A DNA stretch of 64,000 nucleotides, taken from the NCBI GenBank assembly GCA_052327205.1, contig JBMRGM010000039.1:20522001-20586000 (forward strand). The letters run 5' to 3'. How positions within the stretch are numbered: the first letter of the stretch is position 1; each line of letters begins with the position of its first letter. Positions 35,848-46,992 of the stretch are shown piece by piece. Under the pieces are notes generated by a model that saw nothing but the letters and a program-made list of their open reading frames with translations, made no database searches and was not told the origin of the DNA. The translations under genes and the position numbers were made by a program. This stretch comes from Somniosus microcephalus (taxonomy: Eukaryota).

Positions 35848-38633
35848 TCTATCATCATCTATCTATATATATAAACGGATCGATCTGTCTGTCTATCTGT
35901 CTGTCTGTCTGTCTATCTGTCTGTCTGTCTGTCCTCACGTGTGCGTCTGTCCGGCTATGTGCTCGAAAATTATAGAGCGTACCGACACGTGCGTTACGTT
36001 GAAAGAAAGCTTACCAATCCGAAACGGTCGAAAGCGTATTTACGTTTCGGCCGGACAAAAATCGCGCCCGCGGTATCCCAAAAACGTTCAACATTCCACT
36101 CATTAGCATCTCATTATCCGCTCATTAGCGATAGAGTGACCTCGAGGTCGACCAAACGTACGCCGGGTTGCTGGCGCGTGCGGCCGGGCCCTCCTACGGT
36201 CGAGTGATGGGACGATTGACCAATCCTACGCTTTGGTCACATGACGTTCGACCAATCGGCGCGTGTGTGGGCGGGCCTTATCGTTCTGAACCGAGGTGAG
36301 TCGCCGCCATCTTGATTCCAAACTTTTCCTTTCTTTTTCCCACTTTCTGCGCGTTTATTTTCTAATTTACAGTTCCAGCAAGAAAAGGTTGCTTTTAAAA
36401 CACAAATTGTTTTTAAAAAAAGTTAATTAATTTGTAAATCTTTTGTCTAAGCTCTATAATTCTCGTACCTTTCACCGTTTTTACAGGCCCGGAGCCTAGG
36501 CTTCTCCAACTGCCAGCAGTGCAACTCTAGACCCAGGCTCCCGGCCTAGACAGAGACAAACACTGGCAGAGGGGAGAGGGTGTGCTGCCTCAGCTCCATT
36601 CCTGGGGTCAGTAGGTGGGGAGGCTTCATAAGCAACTGGGGTAGGTCGCAAGCCCCGAATAATAATCTGAAGATCCTGTGTTTGCAGCTGAGGAAATTTC
36701 TTCTGCTGACAGCCCCAAGGTAACGGCAGCCATCTATGTTAAAGAGAGCGAAAAGTTTCAGTGCGACGCCATTTTGATTCAGTGTGTAACAGAGTGCATG
36801 CGCGGCCATGTTCGTACAGGAACATAGAGTGGGTGGGGCGTCGTTGCTTCCAATCGGGTCCTGGTGACCGGGACAGACAATCGACTGTTTGGGCGGGGCC
36901 TAATCTTTCCAACTGAAAAGCAAGCGGCGGCCATTGTTTGTGATAAAACACACTGAGGTGAGCACCCCTTTTTTAATAAAACGACTGGTGAGGTTGTAAA
37001 GTGTATGTTATAGAAAGATCTACCAAAAATGTTTTATATGTACAGGACACTTTGTGCTATCCGGAGGTGAGCTATCCGGCAATCTGGAGCCACCGCAAAA
37101 ATCAGCAGCTGTTTTTCGTTCTTTGTTTTTTTTGCTTTGTTTGAACAGTCAAGCTGTGCAAGGTCTGCAGCTATAGCAACAGCTTTAGCTAAAGAGCTTT
37201 CGGGCCACATCCAGTGTTTAGAAGCTGATGCTTAGCAACAGTGTTTGTTGTTAAATACAGAGATAAGATTCTCCGTATCTCTCAACATTAACTCTGGAGA
37301 GTCCTTGAGGCAAGGCATCAGCTCGGTCCCAAGGGTGCCGTATAGCACAAAGTTTCCTGTACTTTAAGTTTATCTCCCCCCTCCCTTTCCACCACCCACT
37401 GCTCCCGCACCCCCTTCCCCCCAAACCCACTTCCCCCCACACACCCCCCACACGCCGTTCCTCCCCACCCCCCTCCCCCCACACCCCCCAACCCCTCAGC
37501 CCCCACCCCGCCTCCACCCCAACCCCCCTCCCCCCCACACACACTTCGCCCCAACACCCCCTTCCCCTCCTCCCAACCCCCTTCCGCAACCCCCTTCCCC
37601 CCTCCCGTTCACCGCCTTTCCCCCCCTCTCTACACCTCCTCCCGCTCCCCACCCCCTCCTGCCCGCTTCCCCTCCCTCCCACACACCTCTCCCCCCCACA
37701 CCCCCCTTCCCCCCACCCCTCCCCTCCCCCTACCCAGCCCCCCTTCCCCATCACCCTCACCTCCCCCTCCCCAAACCCCCTTTCCAATCCCCCTCCCCTC
37801 ACCCCCTCCACACTCCTCTCCTCCTCCCCACACACCCTTCCCTCACCCCCACCCCTCCCCTCCCACCCAGCCCTCCCCCTCCCATCACCCCTCCCCTCCC
37901 CCTCCCCCCTTCCCTCCCCCTCTCCCTTTCCCCCTCCCTCCCATCCCCTTACCCCACTCCACCCTCCCTCCCACTCCCACACCCTCCCCCACTCCCTCTC
38001 TACCCTCCCATTCCCCCACCCCCTCCCCCCTCCCCCTCCCCCCTCCCCATCCCCCCTCCACTCATCCCCCCTCCCCCCAAGTCGCTCTCTCTCTTCCCCC
38101 AGTCGCTCTCTCTCTCTCTTCCCCCCCAGTCGCTCTCTCTCTCTTCCCCCTGAGTCACGCTCTCTTTCACTCTTCCCCCCCAGTCGCTCTCTCTCTCTTC
38201 CCCCCCAGTCGCTCTCTCTCTCTCTTCCCCCCCAGTCGCTCTCTCTCTCTCTTCCCCCCCAGTCGCTCTCTCTCTCTCTTCCCCCCAGTCTCTCTCTCTC
38301 TCCCTTCCCCCCAGTCGCTCTCTCTCTCTTCCCCCCCAGTCGCTCTCTCTCTCTCTTCCCCCGCAATCGCTCTCTCTCTGTTCCCCCCAGTCACTCGCTC
38401 TCTTCCCCTCCAGTCACTCGCTCTCTTCCCCCCCAGTCGCTCGCTCTCTTCCCCCCCCAGTCGCTCTCTCTCTTCCCCCCCAGTCGCTCTCTCTCTTCCC
38501 CCCCAGTCGCGCTCTCTCTCTCTCCACCCCCTGTCATGCTCTCTCTCTCTCCCCCCAAGTGGCGCTCTCTCTCTCTCTTCCAACAGCAGCATCCCCTCTA
38601 AAAAGCCTCGGCACCGCCGGGAACTCCAGCTAG
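35848..38633 (+). mobile_element. Non-autonomous Helitron, copy A1 (complete, ~2.8 kb)
   Basis: 5' A|TC..tctatatatataaa with (tctg)n; 3' hairpin ctcggc-acc-gccggg (38607-38621) then CTAG at 38630-38633; no TSD or TIR. Confidence 0.88.
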
Positions 38634-40390
38634 TCTATATATATAAAAAGATCCATCTGCCTGTCTGCCTGTCTGTCTAACTGTCTGTCTGTCCTTCAGT
38701 GTGTGTCTGTCCGGCTATGCACTCAAAAGTTATAGAGCGTAACTACGCGTGCGTTACGTCAAAAGAAGGCTTACCATTCCAAAACGGTCGTAAGCATATT
38801 TATGTTTTGGCCGGACAAAAATTGCGCCCGCGGTATCCAAAAAACGTTCAAAATTCTGCTCATTAGCATCTCATTATCCGCTAATTAGCAATAGAGTGAC
38901 GTCGAGGTCGACCAATCGTACGCCGGGTTCCTGGCGCGTGCGGGCAAGCCCTCGTACAGTCGAGTGATGGACGATTGACCAATCCTACGCTTCGGTGACC
39001 TGACGGTCGACCAATCGGTGCCTGCGTGGGCGGGCCTTATCGTTCTGAACCGAGGTGATTCGCCGCCATCTTGGTTCCAAACTTTTCATTTCTTTTTCCC
39101 GCTTTCTGCGTGTTTTTCTTCAAATCTAATTTTCCAGCAAAAAAAAAGTTGCTTTTAAAACACAAATTGTTTTTAAAAAAAGTTAATTAATTTGTAAATC
39201 TATTCTCTAACCTCTATAATTCTCCTACCTTTCACCGTTTTTACAGGCCCGGGGCCAAGGCTTCTCCAACTGCCAGCAGTGCAACTCTAGACCCAGGCTC
39301 CCGGCCTAGACAGAGACAAACACTGGCAGAGGGGAGAGGGTGTGCTGCCTCAGCTCCATTCCCGGGGCCAGTAGGCGGGGAGGCTTCATATGCAACTGGG
39401 GTAGGTCGCAAGCCCCGCATAATAATCTGAAGATCCTGTGCTTGCAGCTGAGGAAATTTCTTCTGCTGACAGCCCCAAGGTAACGGCAGCCATCTTTGTG
39501 AAGGAGGGCGAAAAGTTCCAGTGCGACGCCATTTTGATTCAGTGTGTAACAGAGTGCATGCGCGGCCATCTTAGTACAGGAACATAGAGTGTGTGGGGCT
39601 TCTGTGCTCCAAATCTGTGTCTGTGACAGACAATCGACTGTGTGGGCGGGGCCTAATCTTTCCAACTGAAAAGCAAGCGGCGGCCATTGTTTATGATACA
39701 ATACACTGAGAGGTGAGCACCCCTTTTTTAATATAAAGATTGGTGAGGTTGTAAAGTGTATGTTATAGAAAGATTTACCAAAAACGTTTTATAAGTACAG
39801 GAAACTTTGTGCTATCCGGAGGTGAACTATCCGGCAACCTGGAGCCACTGCAAAAATCAGCAGCCGTTTTTTATTCTTTTTGTTTTTTTTTTTTGCTTTG
39901 TTTGAACAGTCAAGCTGTGCAAGGTCTGTAGCTATAGCAACAGCTTTAGCTGTAGAGCTTTAGGGCACACCCGAGTGTTTAGAAGCTGCTGCTAAGCAAC
40001 AGTGTTTGTTGTCAAAAACGGAGATAAGAATCTCCGTATCTCTCAACATAGTTTGAAGTCAAGGCAGCAGCTCGGTCTGGTGGGTACCGGATAGCACATA
40101 GTTTCCTGTACTTTAACTTTATCTCCCACCCTCCCTTTCCATCCCCCAACCTCCCCACCCCACTTCCCCCCGCACACCCACTTCCCCCCACCCCCTTCCT
40201 TCCCACCCCTCACCCCCCTCCACACCCCCCACCCCTCCTTCCCCCCCACACACACCCTTCCCACCACACACTCCCGTACCCCCCAACCCCCCATCCCCCC
40301 CACACACCACCTTCCCCCCCACCACCCCCAAACCCCCTCCACACCCCCACCCCCCCTTCCCCACCCTTCCCCCCTTACCCCTTCCCCCCC

Positions 40391-41074
40391 TTAGAGTCAT
40401 AGAGTTATACAGCACAAAAAGAGTCCCTTCGGCCCATCGTGTCTGTGCCGCCTTCAAGCCGTGTCCAATCTAATCCCATTTTCCAGCATTTGGTCCATAG
40501 CCTTGTATGCAATGGCATTTCAAGTGCTCATCCAAATGCTTCTTGAATGTTGTGAGGGTTCCTGCCTCTACCACCCTTTCAGGCAGTGAGTTCCAGATGC
40601 CAACCACCCTCTGGGTGAAAAAGTTCCTCCTCAAATCCCTTCTAAACCCCCTGCCCCTTACCTTGAATCTATGCCCACTTGTTATTGACCCCCCTACTAA
40701 GGGGAAACGTTCCTCTTTATCTAACCTATCTATGCCCCATATAATTTTGTACAACTCAATCAGGTCCCCCCTCAGCCTTCTTTGCTTCAAAGAAAACAAC
40801 CCCAGCCTGTTTAGTCTTTCTTCATAGCTGAGGCGCTCCATCCCAGGTAACATCCTGGTGAATCTTCTCTGAACCCTCTTCAAAGAAATCACATCCTTCC
40901 TATAGTGAGGCGACCAGAACTGTACACATTACTCCAGCTGTGGCCTTACCAGCGTTTTGTACAGCTCCATCATAACCTCCCTGCTCTTATATTCTATGCC
41001 TCAGCTAATGAAGGCAACTATCCCATATGACTTTTTAACCACCTTATCTACCTGTTCCACTGCCTTGAGGGATC
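40391..41074 (-). mobile_element. CR1 3' fragment (same family as 5257-6962) inside Helitron A2
   Basis: agagtcatagag tail; ORF 40470-40892 ends ..GYGPNAGKWD. Confidence 0.9.
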
Positions 41075-43140
41075 TCTTCCCCCATCGTCCTCTCTCATCC
41101 CCCCAGTCGCTCTCTCTCTTCTCCCCAGTCGCTCTCTGTCTCTTCCCCCCCAGTCGATCTCTCTCTTCCCCCCAGTCACTCGCTCTCTTCCCCCTCAGAC
41201 ACTCTCTCTCTTCCCCCCACGTCGCTCTCTCTCTTCCCCCCAGTCGCTCTCTCTCTTCCCCCCAGCTGCTCTCTCCCTTCCCCCGTCGCTCTCTCTCTTC
41301 CCCCCCGTCGCTCTCTCTCTTCCTCCCCAGTCACTCTCTCTCTGCTCCCCCAGTCACTCTCTCTCTTCCCCCCCAGTCGCTCTCTCTCTTCCCCCCCAGT
41401 AGCTCTATCTCTTCCCCACAAATAGCTCTCTTTCTTCCCCCCCAGTCGCTCTCTCTCTACCCCCCAGTCGCACTCTCTCTTCCCCCGTTGTCCTCTCTCT
41501 TCCCACCAGTCGCTCACACTCTTCCCCCCCCAGTCACTCTCTCTCTCTCTTCCCCCCCAGTCGCTCTCTCTCACTCTTCCCCCCCAGTCGGTCTCTCTCT
41601 CTCTTCCCCCCCAGTCGCTCTCTCTCTCTTCCCCCCAGTCGCTCTCTCTCTCTCTTCCCCCCATTCGCTCTCTCTCTCTCTTCCCCCCCAGTCGCTCTCT
41701 CTCTCTCTTCCCCCCAGTCGCTCTCTCTCTCTCCTCCCCCCTCGCTCTCTCTCTCTCTTCTCCCCCAGTTGCTCTCTCTCTCTCTTCCCCCCGTCGCTCT
41801 CTCTCTCTTCCCCCCAGCCGCTCTCTCTTCCCCCCAGTCGCTCTCTCTCTCCCCCCCCAGTCGCTCTCTCTCTTCCCCCCAGTCGCTCTCGCTCGTCCCC
41901 CCCAGTCGCTCCCTCTCTTCCCTCCAAGTCACTCTCACTCTTCCCCCCAGTTGCTTTCTCTCTTCCCCCCCAGTCGCTCACTCTCTTCCCCCCAGTCGCT
42001 CGCTCGCTTCCCCGCCAGTCGCTCGCTCTCTTCCCCCCAGTCACTCGCTCTCTTCCCCCTCAGTCTCTCTCTCACTTCCCCCCAAGTCGCTCTCTATCTT
42101 CCCCCCCAGTCGCTCTCTCTCTTCCCCCCCAGTTGCTCTCTCCCTTCCCCCCGTCGCTCTCTCTCTTCCCCCCTAGTCGCTCTCTCTCTTCCGCCCCAGT
42201 CGCTCCCTCTCTTCCCCCCAGTCGCTCTCTCTCTACTCCCCCAGTCACTCTCTCTCCTCCCCCCCAGCCGCTCTCTCTCTTCCCCCCCCAGTAGCTCTCT
42301 CTCTTCTCCCCCAGTCGCTCTCTTTCTTCCCCCCAGTCGCTCTTTCTCTTCTCCCCAGTCACTCTCTCTCTTCCCCCCCAGGCACTCTCTCTCTTCACCC
42401 CCAGTCGCTCTCTCTCTTCCCCCCTGTCGCTCTCACTCTTCCCCCCATCGCTCTCTCTCTTCCCCCCCGTCGCTCTCTCTCTTCCCCCCCATCGCTCTCT
42501 CTCTTCCCCCGTCGTCCTCTCTCTTCCCCCCCAGTCTCTCTCGCTCTTCCCCCCAGTCGCTCTCTCTCTCTTCCCCCCCAGTGGCTCTCTCTATTCCCCC
42601 CCAGTCGCTCGCTCTCTTCCCCCCAGTCGCTCTCTCTCTCTTACCCCCCAGTAGCTCTCTCTCTTCCCCCCCAGTAGCTCGGTCTCTTCCCCACCAGTCG
42701 CTCGCTCTCTTCCCCCCAGTCGCTCGCTCTCATCCCCCCAAGTTGCTCTCTCTCTTCCCCCCAGTCGCTCTCTCCCTTCCCCCAGTTGCTCGCTCTCTTC
42801 CCCCTCAGTCGCTCTCTCTCCTCCCCCCAAGTCGCTCTCTCTCTTCCCCCCGTCGCTCTCTCTCTTCCCCCCCAGTCGCTCTCTCTCTTCCCCCCCAGTC
42901 GCTCCCTCTCTTCCCCCCCAGTCACTCTCTCTCTTCTCCCCCAGTCACTCTCTCTCTTCACCCCCAGTCGCTCTCTCTCTTCCCCCCCAGTAGCTCTCTT
43001 TCTTCCCCCCCAGTCGCTCTCTCTCTTCCCCCCAGTCGCTCTCTCTCTTCCCCCCCAGTCGTTCTCTCTCATCCCCCCCAGTCACTCTCTCTCTTCCCCC
43101 CCAGTCGCTTTCTCTATTCCCCCGCTGTGGCTCTCTCTCT
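41075..43140 (+). repeat. Pyrimidine minisatellite (~21-23 nt, cagtcgctctctctcttccccc)
   Basis: Many tandem units; shorter version at about 38080-38575 and an inverted version at about 47050-48650. Confidence 0.95.
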
Positions 43141-43199
43141 CTCTTCCAACAACAACATGCCCTCGAAAAAGCCTCGGCACCGCCGGGCACTCCAGCTAG

Positions 43200-45737
43200 T
43201 CTATATATATAATCGGATACATCTGTCTGTCTGTCTGTCAGTCTGTCTATCTGTCTCTCCATCGGTGTGCATCTGTCCGGCTATACACTCTAAAGTTATA
43301 GAGCGTACCTACACGTGCGTTACATCAAAAGAAAGCTTACGATTCCAAAAATGTCGTAAGCCTATTTACGTATCGGCCGGACAGAAATTGCGCCAGCGGT
43401 ATCCAAAAAACTTTCAAAATTCCGCTCATTAGCATCTCATTATCCGCTCATTAGCAATAGAGAGACGTCGAGGTCGACCAATCGTACGCCGGGTTCCTGG
43501 CGCGTGCGGGCGGGCCCTCCTACATTCGAGTGACTGGACGATTGACCAATCCTACGCTTCGGTGACCTGACATTCGACCAATTGGTGCATGTGTGGGCGG
43601 GCCTTATCGTTCTGAACCGAGGTGAGTCGCCGCCATCTTGATTCCAAACTTTTCATTTCTTTTTCCCGCTTTCTGCGTGTTTCTTTTCAAATCTACATTT
43701 CCAGCAAAAACAAAGTTGCTTTTAAAACACAAATTGTTTTTAAAAAAAGTTACTTAATTTGTAAATCTTTTCTCTAACCTCTATAATTCTCCTACCTTTC
43801 CCTGTTTCTCCAGGCCCGGGGCCTATGCTTCTCCAACTGCCAGCAGCGCAACTCCACTCCCAGGCTCCCGCCCTAGACAGGGACCAAAATTTCAGAGGGG
43901 AGAGCGTGTGCTGCCTCAGCTCCATTCCCAGGGTCAGTAGGTGGGGAGTCTTCATAAGCAACTGGGGTAGGTCGCAAGCCCCGAATAATAATCTAAAGAT
44001 CATGTGTTTGCAGCTGAGGGAATTTCTTCGGCTGACAGCCCCAGGTTAACGGCAGCCATCTTTGTCAAGGAGGGCAAAAACTTTCAGTGCGACTCCATGT
44101 TGATTCACTGTGTAACAGAGTGCATGCGTGGCCATCTTAGTACAGCAACATAGAGTGGGTGGGGCTTCTGTGCTCCCAATCGGGTCCTGGTGACCGAGAC
44201 AGGCAATCGAATGTGTGGGCGGGGCCTAATCTTTCCAACTGAAAAGCAAGCGGCGGCCATTGTTTGTGATACAACACACTGAGAGGTGAGGATCTCTTTT
44301 CTAATAAAAAGGTTGGTGAGGTTGTAATGTGTATGTTATAGAAAGATTTAACAAAAATGTTTTATAAGTACAGGGAAGTTTGTGCTATCCGGAGGTGAGC
44401 TATCCGGCAATCTGGAGCCACTGGCAAAAATCAGCAGCCGTTTTTTATACTTTTTGTTTGTTTTTTTTGCTTTGTTTGAACATTCATGCTCTGTAGCTAT
44501 TGCAACAGCTTTAGCTACAGACCTTGCAGGCAACACCTCAGTGATTAGAAGCTGTTGCTAAGCAACAGTGTTTGTTGTCAAATACGAAGATGAGAATCTC
44601 CGTATCTCTCAACATTAACTCTGGAGAGTACGGCAGTTTTGAGGCAAGGCAGAAGCTCGGTCTGGTGGGTGCCAGATAGCACAAAGTTTACTGTACTTTA
44701 AGTTTATCTCCCCCACTCCCTTTAAACACCCACCCCCCCCACAATCCCCCCACACTCCCCCCCACACCCCCCACCCCCACTTCACCACCCCACACCCCCT
44801 TCCACCCCACCATCCCTGCACACCCCCAACCTCTCTTCCCAAACCACACACCCCACACCCTCATCCCCCCTTCCACCTCCCTCCCCAGAAACCCCCCCCA
44901 CCCCCCCTTCCACCCCTCCCCAACCACGTTCCCCACCCCCCACCTCTCCTACTCTCCCCCTCCCCACCCCTCCCCCCTTCCCCCTCCCCACCCCCTCCAC
45001 TCCCCTCACCCCTCCCCTCCCCCCCTTCCCACACCCTCCCCCCTCCCCACCCCCTCCCCATCTCCCCCTCCCCTCCACTACCCCTCCCCAACCCCACTTC
45101 CGCCCCTCCTCTCAACCCCACCCCTCCCCTCCCCCCATCCCCCCTCCCTACATCCCCTGCCCCCTCCCCTTCCCCCCTCCCCGTCCCACTCCCTCCCCTC
45201 CCCTTCCCCCTCCCTCCCCTTCCCCCTCCTCACTCCCCCCCTTCCCCCCTCCCCTCCCTCCCCTCCCCTCCCCGCCCTCCGTTCCCTCCCCCCTCCCCTC
45301 CACTCCCCGCTCCCCTTCCCCCTCCCCCCTTCCCCTCACACCATCCCCCTTCCCCATTCCCTTCCCCCTCCCCTTTCCCTCCCCTTCCCCTCCCACCTTC
45401 CCCTCCCCTTCCCCCCACCCCTTCCTCCCTTCCCCCCTACCTCCCTTCGCCCCCTCCCTCCCCCTTACCCCTCCTGCCTCCCCTCCCCTTCCCCCCCTCC
45501 CTCCCCCTCCTCCCTCCCCCTTTCTCCCTCTTCCACCCTGCCTCCCCCTTCCCCCTCCTCCCTTCTCCTTCCCCCTCATCGCCCCCACTTCCCCTTCCCC
45601 CACTCACCCCTCCCCCTCCTCCCCACACTCCTCCCCCATTCCTCCCCTTCCCCTTCCCACACTCCTTCCCCTTCCCGCACTCCCCCCTTCCCCTTCCCCT
45701 CTCCCCCCTTCCCCTTCCCCCACTCCGCCCTCCCCCC
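43200..45737 (+). mobile_element. Non-autonomous Helitron, copy A3 (runs into a gap)
   Basis: Starts with TC after the A2 CTAG; colinear with A1. Confidence 0.85.
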
Positions 45738-46237
45738 NNNNNNNNNNNNNNNNNNNNNNNNNNNNNNNNNNNNNNNNNNNNNNNNNNNNNNNNNNNNNNN
45801 NNNNNNNNNNNNNNNNNNNNNNNNNNNNNNNNNNNNNNNNNNNNNNNNNNNNNNNNNNNNNNNNNNNNNNNNNNNNNNNNNNNNNNNNNNNNNNNNNNNN
45901 NNNNNNNNNNNNNNNNNNNNNNNNNNNNNNNNNNNNNNNNNNNNNNNNNNNNNNNNNNNNNNNNNNNNNNNNNNNNNNNNNNNNNNNNNNNNNNNNNNNN
46001 NNNNNNNNNNNNNNNNNNNNNNNNNNNNNNNNNNNNNNNNNNNNNNNNNNNNNNNNNNNNNNNNNNNNNNNNNNNNNNNNNNNNNNNNNNNNNNNNNNNN
46101 NNNNNNNNNNNNNNNNNNNNNNNNNNNNNNNNNNNNNNNNNNNNNNNNNNNNNNNNNNNNNNNNNNNNNNNNNNNNNNNNNNNNNNNNNNNNNNNNNNNN
46201 NNNNNNNNNNNNNNNNNNNNNNNNNNNNNNNNNNNNN
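45738..46237. other. Assembly gap (500 N)
   Basis: Run of N. Confidence 1.
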
Positions 46238-46793
46238 CCTGCTCGCTGTCTCTCCGGCCGTGTGGTTCTTTGTTTTCCAGCGCAGCCGGCCAGAGAGAAG
46301 AAAAACAAAAGAGATGAAGAGAGACGTGACTGAGTGAACGATCTAATTTAAAGCAGCCTCTCCCCCGCTATAAAGTAGAGCCAGAGGGATATTTTGCGGG
46401 TGAAGAAGGGCGGCCACCAGTGCTTCAGGCCCGGCTGGTCTTTAATGACCGCCACTCACCTCAGCTCATCTCCCGCTCGGCAGTTTGAAGGATTAGGCCC
46501 CGCCCACACACGCCATGAAACGGCCCCAATTGGCCAACCATCACGTCACTCAACGATAATGAGCAGTAGGATAGGTCAACCGCTAATGAGCGGATTTTTG
46601 AAAGTTTTTTTGTACACTGTCCGATCAATGTTTGTCTGACCAAAAAGTTAATACGCCTATGACACTCCGCTGATCATCAGCTTTCTTCTGATATAACATA
46701 TGTGTAGGTACGCTCTATACATCTTGAGTGTATAGCGGACAGACAGACAGACAGACATACATACAGACAGACAGACGGATACTTTTATATATA
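46238..46793 (-). mobile_element. 5' part of a related Helitron subfamily (B)
   Basis: Minus strand begins tatatataaaagtatccgtctgtctgtc directly after a CTAG; diverged homolog of the A head. Confidence 0.7.
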
Positions 46794-46992
46794 CTAGCTG
46801 GAGGAGCCCGGTGTTGCCAGGGCTGTTTTGGGCCGGGCGGTTTAAATCGAGTCCCAGGCTTTCGGGCCTATCTGTCTGTCCCTCTGTGAATCTGCTGCCG
46901 GGCAACATTTCTACCTTTTAATGACTTGAAAGATGAAAGTGAAAGTACTTATAAAACGTTTTTGGTAAATCTTATGTTATTTTTGAAAGAGA
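46794..46992 (-). mobile_element. 3' part of a subfamily-B Helitron
   Basis: Minus strand ends agccctggcaacaccgggct-cctccag-CTAG; shares agatttaccaaaaacgttttataagtac with the A interior. Confidence 0.7.

Larger units (their letters stand above)
38634..43199 (+). mobile_element. Non-autonomous Helitron, copy A2 (CR1 insert, expanded minisatellite)
   Basis: Starts TCTATATATATAAAA directly after the A1 CTAG; ends with hairpin plus CTAG at 43196-43199. Confidence 0.88.
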
